Source: Rhizophagus irregularis
Lineage: Eukaryota
Assembly: GCF_026210795.1 (NCBI RefSeq)
Contig: NC_089430.1
Location: forward strand, 2,046,001-2,110,000
Direction: 5' to 3'
Length of the DNA stretch: 64,000 bases
In this document: one piece after another, positions 1-14,285 of the stretch
How the letters are laid out: each line of letters begins with the position of its first letter
How positions within the stretch are numbered: position 1 is the first letter of the stretch
Notes under the pieces: model-generated
Databases searched by the model: none
Seen by the model: the letters and a program-made list of their open reading frames with translations, nothing else
What the model was told of the DNA's origin: nothing
Position numbers and translations under genes: made by a program

Positions 1-1604
1 ATCATTGTGCATAATTATGGGACTAATGGGAGCAGTTTGATATTTGAAATTTCCGTTATATCAGATCAAAATGTGGATTAATAGTCTATTCTAGAATTTC
101 TCGTTTGAATGATATCCATTTTAGTGATAGAATGACGAAATAATTTTTTTGTTTTGTACAACAGAAAATTAGAAATTTCGAAGTTCGAACAATAGTGTTC
201 TTTACTTTTTTCTTAAAAGCGTAAATTATGGAAATTTTTTTCTTTTTTTTTCGATTATTTAACAAGCCATGATGACATTTAACCCCATTCGAAATGTAAT
301 TGAAAATAAGAAGAATAATAGTAATTACATCATTATGTTTATTTAAGCAAATCAGATGATAAGCCGATCATAAAGAAATTTAGTTAAACAGTAATTATCT
401 TTCATGCATATTTTTACGTTTAACTGTTATCGATTTCTAGATATGGGTTTATTCTAAAGCCTTTTTTCTTTTGCCTTTTATATTCGAAAATTACAATCGA
501 AAAAAAAATAGTTGAATGTCTCCATTTAGATAAAAGCTCCAACTATCAACCGATACCATCATTATAACTATTATGTAACCCAAAAATAGTCAAGACGAAA
601 TATGGCTTTTTCGGAAATATATAGAAAAGTGTCCGGGTGAGTTACAGGAAGTGTCGAAATTCGATCCCATTTTCCGATATCCACGGATCTACCTGGACAT
701 TTCTCAATTTTCATAGGAAAAATTATAAGATTATGATCTGTACTACATGATTTAAGAGACGTTAGAGACGTCCAAATTCATACTAATCATGAAGATCTAT
801 ACTATTTTTTTTTTTGAAATTTCTTTAGTTCTGTTTTATTTTATTCGTTGATTACAAATTACAATTTAAATTGTACCGTATAAGGTTTTTTATTATATTT
901 TTTTCAGATTACAAAAAGACTTACGTCACTTTATCACTTTATTTAACGATAATTTTTATTTTTTATGTTAGTACATGGTTTGGTTAATATGAAAATTTGA
1001 AATCGAATTTTGAGACAATGGTCTGGAAAAATCGAAAAAAAAAATCATATAATTCAATAAAAGAACAAATAGGACTCATCCATGATGGTTTTGGTACAGC
1101 TTTAAAAGAATTTGTTGAATGTTAAGCGTTATTAAATATTTTATCAATGTCGATGGTTTATACAAAGTATGACTAGCTATATGAGATAGCGGAGAGAGGC
1201 TTTTTTATTAAAAAAATGCTCTTATTTGTTTGTTTACTATGAAGATACAATCCTGATAATTGAAATTTTTTCTATAATCTATACTTTAAGGATACATTTT
1301 AATCAATAAAAAAGATATTATTCATATCACCAAAAAAAGAATAAAACAAGTTTTTCTTAGGTCCAATAGACCGTTATTCAGATAGTTTTTTAAAAAAATA
1401 TGCGTAAATTTCAAATTCTTTTTTAATCACATTTTCAAACTTTGCATATTTAATATTTAAATTATAAGAAAAATAATTTACGATATTTAATGAAAAAAAA
1501 AAGTTATATAAAATAATAAAAATAAAGATAAAATAATATATGAAATTCTGCTATAAAATACAACATGTACAGTATATCAAAAAAGTAGTCTATAAAATTT
1601 GTAT

Positions 1605-4088
1605 TTAAGTTTTAATACGTTTCCCTATTTATTATATAGAAAAAAACAAATAAATATATTAATTATTATTATAGTTAATAATATGTAAAGATTATGATTA
1701 TTTTACTTACTATCGTTTTGAGTTTCAATTCCTAATTCTTCAAAATGACGTTTTCTCGAAAAATCTCGAGTAGTAGAATTAGTACTTAGTAAAGATGACC
1801 TAAAATGTTTTAAAAATAATTAAACCTATTTTTGCCTTTTTTGCAAAATTATAAATTATGTGATTACCTTTGCTTGCTTTGCATATCTATATCAAAATCA
1901 TATTCTTTTGTAATATATTCTAAATAATAATGATAATATTAAATTAATAAAATTCATCAATAATTTCTTTAAAACTTAACTAAAATATTTTACATACCTT
2001 GTTTCGTAGTCACTAAGTTTGTAGAGAAATATAGATTATTAAATATAGAATTAGTACTCCTAGATCCTAATGATCTAGAAGTGTAAATAGCGCCAGAATG
2101 AGATTTTCCTGTATATTCGGGGCCAAGTTTCTTCAATTTAATTAACTCTAATCGTTTTTCTTCAGCCCGATCAACTTGTAAAAAATTTGATACTTCTATA
2201 GAATGCAAAGCTTTAGCAACTTCTAATGCGGAAGGTCTTTCCGCAGGATTAGAATCCCAACAACTTTTCATTAAATTAGCAAAACATTCAGGAGTATCAT
2301 GTGTAATTTCGGGTCTTTCTCCATCAATAATTTCGTAAACAAGGTTAGCATCATGCCTAATACTGGCAAAAGGTTTACAACCTGTTGTTAATTCCCACAT
2401 GATCATACCCATACTATATATATCGGATTCTTTTGAAAAAGTAGCACCTTTAAATATTTCTGGTGCAATATATGGCATTACTCCATATATTTCATTATTT
2501 AATAAAGTACTATTTGCAGATTGTGATAACCCTAAATCACCAATTATCCATCTTTGGTCTATTTGCCCCGTTTTTTCTAATAATATATTTCCACTATGGA
2601 AATCTCGATGTATAAAGTTTCTTCTATGAATAATAGTAAGTCTATAATTAAGAGTGATTAATTAGTGAATTTATATATATTATATAATATTAACAATAAA
2701 TTTATCCATTAAAATTTAACACTGACCCTCTAGCAATATATGATAAAATATTTAATTTCATTTCCCATGTAATATTTCTAAAATTTTCTTGTAAATAATT
2801 ATGTAAATTTCCTCCATTTGCATATTCCATTATTAGCATACATTCCTTTGTTTCAGGATTTTGTGTAATTCCGTAACAACCAATAATGTGATTTGCGTCA
2901 TATTTGTAATTATAAAGTGACTTTAACTAAAAAGTTAAAATTATCATTATAAAATGCAATTAAAAAAATATGTTATTCATACAATATATACTATTTACCT
3001 CATTTAAAAAATATTTGTCCATATCCCACGAGTTAAGAAATCTTTTTATAATAACTGTTTTTTTATAATACTCTACTTGATTAAAGTGACGCCACTGTGC
3101 TTTATAAATAATGCTAAACCCTCCTTCTGCTATTTTTTCCAAATTTGTAATTCGAGAATATGGAATCCATCTAATCCATTTTACTGATGATTTATAACGA
3201 TAATAATCATTTTTAAACCTGAAAAAAGCATCATATATCTCAAGAGAATTTAAATCTTTAACGAAAGAATCAAATATTCTCCGATTCAATATTACTCTTG
3301 TAGAGGCAAGGAATTTTTCTATATCAAAATTCTCACTGTCGATATATGTGATAGTAATAAATGATAGTAGTCTATTGCATTTTTTACATTGAGATTGAGC
3401 AGTGTTTCCAAAAATAATATTCGTTGTTAAACAATATCTACATCCAGTATAAGTTGCAAAACAATCTGAACACCATTTTTGACAATCGGATATAAACTCT
3501 AGGGATAACTTGCAGTTTATACAAATATTACAATTATCCCACCATGGTAAACATAGAATTGGAATAAATTCCTTAGTCAAAGTTGATTTTAACCGTCCAT
3601 GAGAAATTTGATAACAATCTGGGCATATTTTGAACGAACAGCTCTGTTCGGGGAATAATTTTCCACATAATTTGCAATTCTCACTTTCTTGTACTTTTTT
3701 GCTTTTCATAACGAAAATAGTATGAAAATATTTGTTTAAAATATAAGATATCACAGCGACTATCAAACTTTTCTTGAATATTTTGTGTACAAAAATTCAC
3801 ATTTCTGCTTGTCTCATTCTTATTATGACGTATATCATTTGTACTCATACGTATATCTAAGTACATATCACTATTATCACTTATATTTTCAATATACTTT
3901 ATTAAGCATATTTTACAATATTTTTGATTAAATAAAACCGTTACGGAATATTCATTTCCGCAATAACTACATTCATTTTGGAGCCGATTAAAAGAAATAA
4001 ACAAAATCGGTATAGGGCTAGATTTTAATTTTGGAGTTGGGTCAAAAGAATTTTCATTATTTTCATTTGTAGATTCCAAGCGTGACAT
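1605..4088 (-). pseudogene. Cys-rich N-terminal domain + TKL protein kinase, one frameshift near 3700 (pseudogene or assembly error)
   Basis: ATG at 4088 (MSRLEST...FDPTPKLKSSP). The frame shifts between ORFs 3681-4205 and 2960-3766. Kinase motifs IAEGGF, HRDFHSGN, GDLG, YIAPE and DIYS lie across GT-AG exons (to 2999; 2926-2727; 2641-~1998), followed by small 3' exons ending GKRIKT* at 1605. Paralogous to 28103 and 60594. Confidence 0.85.
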
Positions 4089-5196
4089 AATGATAGGTTT
4101 TTGGGTAAAAGTGAATTTTTTTTCTTTTATCACAATAAAGTAAGATATGGAGAACCAAAAAATTTCATTAATGAACTTTTTTGGAATTTTTATCCAAAAG
4201 ATCAACAGTACTAAACAAATTTGGTCCTTAGGCTACAATTCGTACAACCAAAAATACGGACATCTGGCTTATTTTTTGCCGATCGCGATCATTAAAAAAC
4301 TACAAAGGTAATTAAATGGCAAAAAAAAAATTTCAATAATAATTAACCAAAATCAGGAGATATACTATTAAAGGGTAATTAAACACAAACAAGCTAAAAT
4401 CAATAATATACCAAATCAAGAGTGAAAAGTGATGAGAAACATTGATGAGGGACGGACGATTGGATGAAAAAAGAAATAATGGAGAATGAAAAAGAGAGAG
4501 AGAGAGATGAAATTAATTATGGAAAAAATATAATGATAGAAATAATGATGGGAATCATGAAAAATGAAGGAAAACCAAGTAAATGATATAAAGTTAGTGA
4601 TGAACAACATGTAAGAATGAAACAAAAAAAGAAATTAAATATCTTCGCGGATGATAAAAATATAAATGAGAAAAGAGCCCAATGGGTAAGGAATATACAA
4701 AAGGGCGGGGAGTGAAGGAAAAATAATTTTATCTGATTAACCATAGTTAAAAGTCACGTGATACACGTTATAAAAGATTTCCAACATAAATTTTATAGGT
4801 TAATAGTTTTTTTTTATTTTAGTTCGTTTTATTTTTTTGTTACTTTTGTTTTTAGTTTAGATATTGGGATTGTCCGATTGAAAAATGCATGCAAATGTGC
4901 AACTATAAAAAACACTTCGGCCTTGAGTTCAAACAAAATAAAAAGTTTGAAATTAATTAATTATTTTCATTTTCATTTTTTTTTCCTTTTTTAAATTCAA
5001 ATCTTTTTTATATGCAAATTCTATATTTATAATTTTTATCAATTTCACGTCTTATAAATTGAACAGATTGAATTCCTTTGCTCTTATTTAATTTATTTTT
5101 TTTTCTCCATTCCTTACTTCTTTCTTTTTTTCTCTTATAAAGTGATTTTAATCTTTATTTTTTTCAAATATACAGTAATAATATTAATATATTAAT

Positions 5197-7400
5197 ATGT
5201 CCCTGCAAAATCAATCAACTACAGGGCAAAAAGCTTATCGACATAATACGAGCATAAATAATACACTTCTTGAAAATCCCGTAACTAATCCTACATATCT
5301 TAAAACCAATTGATATTTTTCCGAAAAAAATCTCATTTAAATAATGTATTAGATGATACTCCACCTTTAATTCCTCCCCCAACTCCATCAAAATCTAAAA
5401 AGATCGATAAGAATGATGGTAATTTTGATATAAGAAATATGTTCTTTATTCTCATATTTTGTGGTTCTCTCGTGTATTTCTTGGTGCTTTAAGTGGATTA
5501 GGTCCTCCATTTGATGATGAAATTGATATTTCTATTGTAAAAGTTAATATTACAAATACTGTAAATTGATACTAATAATATTATAAATGATTTAAATGAT
5601 AATAATAATAATATAGAAATTATTGATGAAAAAGATGATGAATTTTTACAAATTTCGGACGAAATTCATCATGTGATAATGATGACGTAGTTAATAATAA
5701 TGATGGAATTAAAAAATGAAAATGTTGATTTTATCGAAAATACGGCAATTGATATTGAAAATGTAAATCCTGAATTAATAATTAAAGAAGAAAAAGAAGT
5801 TGATCAGGATTTAGAATTACCACCTGAAGATGTTATTAAACCTGAATCCCCAAATGAGATATCTGATGATATGAAATCTGAAAAGAAAGAAGATATTATA
5901 GATGATATAGAAGATGAAGGTTTAGATCCTATTCCTTTAAATAATGATGATGTTTCAAATAATAATGATGAAAATAAACTTGATCAAGATGATAAAAACA
6001 TTACTTTTAACATTGTAGATGGTTTACCAAATAAACTTAAAAATAAGAAGAATAGTTATCAAAAGACGATTCCGGCCAGATATGGTGAATCAGAGAATCA
6101 AGATCAAGATTATCCTAAAAATGATTATTCTAATTATACTTATATGAGACATACTGTAAGACTCATTTCACTTATGATGATGTTGTTGGATCACTAACAG
6201 ATGAAGAACGTGATGATATTAATAAGACTCAATTATTAGAAATGAATACAAATGAAAGTTCGGATTCTTCTTGCGGTACATGGCAAGGTAATTACTCGAT
6301 GTTACATTAGAAAATCTTATCAGGAAATGAAGCGCAAAGATATGTTAGTTATATTTGTGATGACAAAATAATTGTGGAGGATTATCTGACAGGTAAGTAA
6401 AGGTTCTTTTTTAAAAAATGAGTACACCTAAATTGGTAATTGACGTCTTAAATTTTAAATTATTAGAATTCTTGAAATGACATCTGCATTTGTATTCGCT
6501 TTACTTACAAACCGAGCGTTCCTTGCAGATTGGCAAACTCCTTTCCACTTGAAACTATTTTTAGCTCACCAAAGTCATGATTTCATTAAATCCATCATCT
6601 AATATTAGTGAACTTGAGACAAGTGAGATCAATGTTATTGATTTCGATGCAAAAAATTTAGATCAACAATTCATGCTTTCTAATTGGACAACAAAATATC
6701 CAAGTACTTTTATAAAGTTTTATTCAAATCGTGGAATGAATATAAGATCTTTTGATTCAAAATATTATTCACAATCATTAAAAGATATAGGTTTAAGGCC
6801 ACATACAATATTTGGTTGTGTTGTTGATTATTTATTCCGACCTGCACCTTCTGCTCTATCATTTATAACTCAGTATACATCATTATTGCTCTTCCAAGTA
6901 TATTTACGGTTGGAATACAAATTAATGCTCAGAATAGTTTCACTTCATTACAAGATTATAATCATTTTTTAATTGCGCAGATCAACTTACGCAAACTTAT
7001 GCTGCACTTAATCAAAAGTTATTTATTATTTTGTAACGGGTTCATCAGAATTAAGAAATAAAGCAGTACAAAAATTGAACATTTTGTTGTTTCCGAATTA
7101 CCCGCCAATTCAAATCTCGATAATCTTCATAATCCTGATAATGTAATCAATGCTATGATTGAAAGTTGGATTTTTAGTAAAACTGATTATAGAGTAGGTA
7201 GACGAATAAAAATTATATGCGTGTATCTAATATATTTAATATATAAAATAATTAATTCTTATCATTTTTTTTTAGATAATTTCATCAGGAATTATGGTAA
7301 ATTGTCAGCTTTTCATTCAAAACAACTTCACACCACAATTTCCATTTGCAATTAGAAAAAGTTGATTTTGAATATTTTGTAGAATAATGAAAGTTCGGGA
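5197..7400 (+). pseudogene. Decayed type II membrane fucosyltransferase-like gene (GT-B; GT37/GT23-like)
   Basis: Hydrophobic segment near 5440-5500 and an acidic stem. These are followed by CGTWQ..., YVSYIC, CGGLSDR|ILEMTSAFVFALLTNRAFLADW, FGCVVDYLFRP, VGIQI, FVTGS and ESWIFSKTDYRV..YGKLSAF, which resemble fucosyltransferase motifs. Multiple frameshifts and an in-frame TAG. Confidence 0.6.
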
Positions 7401-9103
7401 CTGCGGTATTTGTAAGATTATTAAAATTATTGATTCAAAATATTTATTAATTGATTTGATTTTTATTTAAAAAAGTTATTATTTTCTGTTTGCATTCTAA
7501 AAAAAAAATCTTAATATATTGTTAAGTATATAAAAAATTTTTGAAATTTTAGTTTTAAAAAAAAAAGATTTAACTATATTAAACTGAGTTATTGATAATT
7601 AATACATAATTCATTGGAAACTATCATACTGGATTTAATTTTCTTCGTATCAAAGAGAGAATGAAACTATTGGTTTATAAAATACTGTATGAAGTGTAAA
7701 ATATTTGAGTTAGACTCGGGCATCACAATTTATCATGTGTTAATTAAAGGTTCACATGTACCGATTCTTGTACATATCAATGATCATATGCATAAAAGAT
7801 AGGGCCAAACAATCATTTCATCATAATAATCAATCGTGTGTAATGACATTTTTATAAAGGGAGAAAAGGGTTTCTTTACTTGTAAATGGAAATGTTTTAG
7901 CCTGTGTAGACGCATATCACAACCAGTATTGTCTCGAATATTTTTATTCTGGAATTGAAGAACTTTCTAAATCGTACAATGAATGTTTGGAAATGAATAT
8001 AAATCTTGATGAAGAATTTGAAGAATCAATGCAAAAAAATGAAGAGGATGAATTATCAGATGATACTGATGAGTTTCGAAACAATAATACAATTGATGGA
8101 CTTACAAAAGCAATATTAGGTACATTTGCTAATTTTATAAAAGTAATGAAATAAATATATTTTAATCGAAAATACAAACGCATCCTGTATTTCAAGATAT
8201 AACTAATATAATTATCTAATTAAATAAAGTTAAATAAAAGTTTATACGACACTGTGTTTAATTTAATTGATTAATGTTGATCAACACATGAAATCAAACC
8301 AATCGTTGGATTTGTGTGCCAGGTTAATGGCGCAGGCGCAACGCCACAGCCACCTGTCACGTGACATGTGACAATAAACATCACCTCGGTTACACCACGG
8401 GTGCGGGATTATAGATCCTCAATGAGTTAATAGTAAAATGCAACGGTACCAGTGAAAGATCTGCCGATAATCAATATAATGAAAAAAAAATGATAAATCA
8501 GTGATGAACTACACGAAAATATTTTTTTTTTTTCGAAATATTCTGTCTATATTTTTTAAAATTTTGGATCGGCTGTTTGAAATACCTCAAAAACATATAA
8601 AATTTTATTACACACTTGAAAATAATACTAATAAAAGAAGAAAAGGCTATTTTAAAACGTTTTACATAAAAGTATTTAGTATATACTTATTGAAATCTCG
8701 AAAAAAAAGGATGTAATCTTAACTTTCTATCATAAAAGAGCAAAAAACATACAAAATTAAGAACAAAGCAACCAGTGGTCTAATTTAATAAAAAAAACTT
8801 CGCCTATATAGAGCTAGCATATATAACCTTGACTTTTGAGATCGGCTGCTTTTCTATGCGTTCGCGTCGAAAGTAAAAATTTGCGCAATTTTATAGTAGA
8901 TTTCTATCATGTAACCAATTTATGGTGACAGTTCTGGTTATTATTGATCAGTTTGTGTAACTAGAATTGTCCCCCGTTTATTTAACCCCTAGACATTATA
9001 CTGTACTCCATTCGTTTATATAATTAATGTAATTAATATATATGCTTTTATATTAAAATCGAAGTATTTTATTCGTTATTTAAATTTTTTAGAAATAATC
9101 ATT

Positions 9104-10110
9104 ATGGAAGGCGATATTACCGAAAAAACACCGGTTAGTTAATTATCTAGATTTTTAGAGTATTTATACTATAGAAACAAATAAAAAAAAAACGCGATTT
9201 TTTGGTAAAAGTGATATAATTTATTTGTATTTATTATATTATGTACTGTAGCATATTTTCGATTTTTGTGTTTATCTGTTATTTTATTATTAATTTATCG
9301 TGTATTTATTTTTGTTAATGTTATCTTTTTTTTAAATCATGATACGCTTTTATCATCTTTTATCATTAAATATCATCGTAGAATATTAATTTGTTTAATT
9401 TTTATTAATTATCTGTTGTAAAACTTTAATTATTAAATTTTTAATTGTTAAATTTATCGTGAAGCTTTTAATTTGTTAGATGATATTGAATTATTATTAA
9501 AGAATGACATTAATAAAAAAATTCATTTATAGATCATTTCTTGGGATACCTTACCCGAATTTTTAAAACAAATACTTCCTCAAAATTATACATATTTAAT
9601 AAAAAGATTTAATGAATTACCATCATTTTGAACTGTTGAGGTTTTGAAATTCCACAATTTGATTAGGCAAGCGAATGGTTTAAAGATTTCGAATCAAGAT
9701 CAAAACTACGATGCCAGAAACTAAACGCTACGAAATAAAAGAAAAGTGTGTACTTTTTCGAGAGAAACAGCGATATGGTTAAGAAGAAACAGGAAACGAA
9801 GCGTCCACAATCATCGCGAGCATGAAATGTTGGATGCACTGCAATGATTCATCTTCGTTTAGAGAGTTGGGGCATCGAATTGAGTCACCCACTAGAGATA
9901 AATTTAAAATTCACGCATAATCACGTAGTTAACTCGGCGGAATTGTTGAGCTTTTGACGTGTAGACGGAGCAGTTCGTGAAAAATACTTGGAGTTATTCA
10001 AAGATGTGCACCAGCAATGTATGTTGAACTTCACTTTAGCGCAACCATCAAGAATTATTAGAACTACTTGCCGACCGAGCATAAAACCCTGATTACAATT
10101 ATATTGTCAA
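9104..10110 (+). mobile_element. MULE/Mutator-like transposase fossil (N-terminal part)
   Basis: Translates to EWFKDFESRSKTTMPETKRYEIK... and NVGCTAMIHLRLE...HPLEINLKFTHNHVVNSAELLSF*RV, a C...HxH WRKY/FAR1-like zinc module typical of MULE transposases. Contains in-frame TGA stops and deletions. Confidence 0.55.
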
Positions 10111-11647
10111 ATTGTCTGAGTGAAAATGTATTAAAAAATCAGCCAAATTGATAGAGTTTCAAGATTTGTTCAATGTTTACAATAGAATTTATTCAATTTT
10201 TGCTTATTTTACATTTGTTTATATTACATATAATTATTAAATTTATAATTACAATTGTTTTACTATACGAAAAAAAAACCAATTACACATTAGTCAACAA
10301 TTATGAAAATACTAATATTGTCTATATAATATTTTAATCGTTATGATAAAATTATTAATTTTAGCCTCGAAAACAAAAAAAATAAAAAATGGAGTATAAT
10401 AATACAATACTAATTTCCGGTACCACTGTGCTTTAATAAAAAGTGTAAGATTGTTATCGGGAAAAACGGGACAGACAACGGTACAAGATGTCCTATTTTT
10501 ATTTTTTATTTGTAAGAGAGTTCATACAATCTAAGAATTTCTCATCCATAGTTTATAGGCGTATTTTTTATCAAAATTTTTATATGTAAAAATTAGTTTA
10601 CGTATTTTTGGCCTAAATTTGGCTAATCTTATATATTTACTGTACGTTTACCGCATTGTAATATTTAGTTTTAATTGAAAGTAATTTCTAAAGGTAAAAA
10701 GTGAAATTATAGAAAAATATTATTGAAAAAATGGTAAATTAGAATAAATTCTATTTTTTCACAATTAGTATTTGATTTTATAAATAATATAGAAGTCATG
10801 ATAAAATAATTAATAATGTCTGAAATTTTATTTGCGTACTTTTGCAGGATTTTCAATATCAGGTGTCAATTATGTGTACTACCATACTCAAATTGATTTT
10901 TTTTGTCGCACAAATTTACTCAAGTAATCTATATTCTGTGCGAGTAGAGAAGACCAATCATCTCTATTTAACGGGCACGTTATAATTGTCGCACCTAACA
11001 TCTATTCTCTAGAGTTACTAAAAAAAGCCCTTGGCCACTTTTTGTTCACATATTAGACCTAATATCATTATATTTTATTTACCTCCGTTTGGAATTAGAT
11101 AGTTGAAAATTCGCTTACTAAGGGAACGGCACCACAAAAACGATTTTTTCTTGTCATCTATTCTCTATAGTCTACCAAAAAACAACCCTTTAGTTGCTGT
11201 CTTGGTCGCATATAAAACTTAATACCGTTAGAGTATTTGTTTCTTAATATCACGGTAGAAACAAAGAAACAAATGTAAATAAATAAATAACGAGGAGCAT
11301 CTGCAATAATATAAAAAGTGAGAAAGACGGTTTACTATTATTTCAATATTGTACTTTCCGTTTCTTTTGTTTTCTTGTCAATATTAACACATATTTTGAT
11401 CTCTAGTAGTTAAAAATAACTATATAGTTGGTTGACTTGTAACTGCGCCACAAAAAAAACGAAGGAAAAAAAAGCGAAAACCCGATATTTAAATGGTTTT
11501 TTTTTAAGACACAGCAGAAAACTTTGCATAAGTCTAACCATCTAGAAATTCACCACAAATATAATTATCAGATATGCTCATATGCAATAATGCTGTGTCA
11601 ACTAATTAATATAGTAATAGTAATTTGAATTCCTTATACTGTGACAG

Positions 11648-12891
11648 CTGCGTCTCGAAGAGTGTCATACCGACAAAATAAGGATATTATTGGATGGCGA
11701 GGTATCACAAATAATTAAATATTATGATCCTCAAAGTTTTAAGATTCTTGGTAAGATAGCTTCTGGCCAATCAGCCTTGGTTTATAATGTACGTTGGAAA
11801 AGTACGTCAAAGTTCGCAATTAAAAAATTCTTCGAGAGTTCTAGTAAAGAGGACATAATTAATGAGGTACTTACTGATACAATATGATAAAGCTTATTGT
11901 ACAAATATTTACGATTTTTATTTCTAGATTTTCCTAACGGGAATTATTAATTATCATCCGAATATAATTCAATTCTGCGGACTTACGAAATTACAAGGTA
12001 AATAATGACAATTATACAATAAATCTACAATAATTGCTTTTTGACATGCTCTATTATTCTTTAGATGAAAAAAATTACTCGCTTGTCCTTGAATACGCAG
12101 AAGGGGGGACATTGGGAAAATATTTAAGAGATGATACTATAAGTTTTGAATGGGAAAGTCAATTAAAATTTGCTAAGGATATCGCAAGTGCAATTTCATG
12201 GTTACATGATGATGTGGGAATAATACACGGTGATCTTGTAAGTGTAATATGTTCGTGTTCGTGTTATCTCATAATTTATTATATTAATATCGTGAACACT
12301 ATTCTTTTTAGCATCCAAATAATATCTTAATTAATAATGGTACAATAAAAATAGCAGACTTTGGATGTTCATATCTCAAAAGATCAAACCGTAATGCTCA
12401 AGTACAAGGTGTAATACCTTACATGGATCCCAATCTTTTTGAGCAAAGTCCATGTTCGTCCGAAACCCGAGAACATCCATATATCTTAACCGAAAAGGCC
12501 GATATATATAGTCTAGGGGTATTGTTCTGGGAGTTAACAAGTCGCAAATCACCTTTCGATTTTGAGAAAAAAACCACAAAAGGCGACCATTCTTCCATTA
12601 AAATGAATATTCGTAACGGTATTAGAGAAAAACCTGTTAAAGACACAAATGATAAATTCATCGCACTTTATGAAAGTAAGTATGAATTAAAGAATAATTT
12701 TCTGCAAACAATTTTTATAATTATTTTACTTTATTTTATTAGAATGTTGGCAACACGAAATAGATGATAGGCCGAATATTCAGCAAGTAAATTCAGAACT
12801 CAATCTTATTAACCCTGAAAAAAACAATGTATCAACTACTTTTACTCCCGGGAAAAGTGAAGCAAATGAGGATTTATACTTGTCGGATTAA
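11648..12891 (+). CDS. TKL protein kinase, kinase domain only (5' end uncertain)
   Basis: IASGQSALVY, FAIKK, HPNIIQFCG, LEYAEGGTL, HGDL|HPNNIL, ADFG, YMDP and DIYSLG lie in GT-AG spliced exons. Stop TAA at 12889-12891. The first exon was not identified. Confidence 0.8.
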
Positions 12892-13338
12892 TAAGATTTG
12901 TCACATTGTCGGTTCATACCTTCCGCTAACCGACTAAAATAGATATATATAAAAGACATTTTTTTATGACATCGATTCTATTTTACGTTTTTTATCATTT
13001 AAAGTATTGAATACCTTACTACTCGCAACATAATCTTTAAATCAAAAAATTTTATTATATATTATCGGATTATCGGAATATATACTTTTAATGAAAAAAC
13101 AAATCCCCCTCATCGGCCTCGCTACAACCACTCTCACTTCATTGTCGTCAAAGCTGAACAAAGGAGGACTGGGCGCTTTCCTCTGAAAGGATGTCACACA
13201 TTCACACATGGATATGGGCTATTTTTTACTTTAAACCAATTTATCCTCACACCAAACAAGTGGAAAATTATAGAGGTTATTGAAGCTGGTCACTGTCAAC
13301 TTATTCGATTCCTAAGGATGTAATCAACGCTGGGTCTA

Positions 13339-13372
13339 CGCTCAGCATACGGTGCCGCTCAGCATACGGTGC
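13339..13372. repeat. Perfect 17-bp tandem duplication CGCTCAGCATACGGTGC x2
   Basis: Directly visible inside a GC-richer island (~13100-13420). Confidence 0.9.
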
Positions 13373-14229
13373 AATCGTATTCTCTGATTAAGAATCGAAT
13401 TGGCACACGGAGCTAGGTTTCTTTGATTTTTTGCAGCATGGGGTTTCCATTTTTTCTTATATTATGTTGGCTATGTTTCTTGTGGGTGGTTCGATTAGTT
13501 CTAGCCGAACTCAAAAATGTATCTGACAAGTCCATGGTGTTATTTGACGTTTTTTCATTTGAACATCTATTCTTTTCTTTTCTTTTGTTTCGTTCTCACG
13601 ATTTGTACGATTTGTGAAGTTAAAACTTCCGACTTTAAAAAAAAATTAACATACTCAAACAACAACAAAAAATTAAGTTTTGGAAATCCCGTATTACAGT
13701 TATTTTTAAATCATAATTATGAACACCGTAAATTTTTTTTCATATTTTTCCAAACCTCGAATTTTTTTTTCTTTATTCGGATTTTGTTGCTTTTATCACA
13801 ATTTCTCTTTTTCACTTTTTTATTTTCTTTTTATTTTATTTATTTCAATCTTCTAGATTATAAAGTACGAAATTTAGATTTTTTGCCAAAAAAAGTACAA
13901 GCGGTTAATAAAGTGATTAATGAAGTGTTAATGGAGTAATTTTATAAGTGAAAATGTAGTATTGTGACTACAAGTGTTATAATTACGAAAGTGTTTTTTT
14001 ACAAGTATTACAAAGTGCAAATGTTACTTTTCAAAAGTATTATGTACAAGTTATTTACGAAGATTTATGTTTACCAGGAAATTTTTATTTCCTATTTAGT
14101 AACGATTTCCCCCAAACAAAATTTAGAATAATTCTGGTCCATATTGATTTGATGTAGTTACGTCAACATTTGTAATTGATTACGATTTGTAGTAATTCTT
14201 TTACAATACTGCCAGCGCAAAATATACAC

Positions 14230-14285
14230 TAACCTCATTTGGATTAGATTGGTCTGTTCAGACCGATCTAATCCAAATGAGGTTA
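14230..14285. repeat. Near-perfect 27-bp hairpin/palindrome
   Basis: TAACCTCATTTGGATTAGATTGGTCTG-TT-CAGACCGATCTAATCCAAATGAGGTTA, with a single T:G mismatch. Confidence 0.9.

Noticed and set aside
605..725. Imperfect inverted repeat (GTCCGGGTGA / TCTACCTGGAC)
   Set aside because: Too degenerate to define boundaries.
7600..8130. Coding-like relic with Cys/His residues and an acidic tail
   Set aside because: Frameshifted and too short to assign to a family by eye.
10985..11232. Diverged ~80-bp direct repeat upstream of the 11648 kinase
   Set aside because: Weak similarity with no evidence for LTRs or function.
13100..13620. GC-richer island, possibly a retroelement fragment
   Set aside because: No RT or other diagnostic motif, poly-A tail or TSD found.
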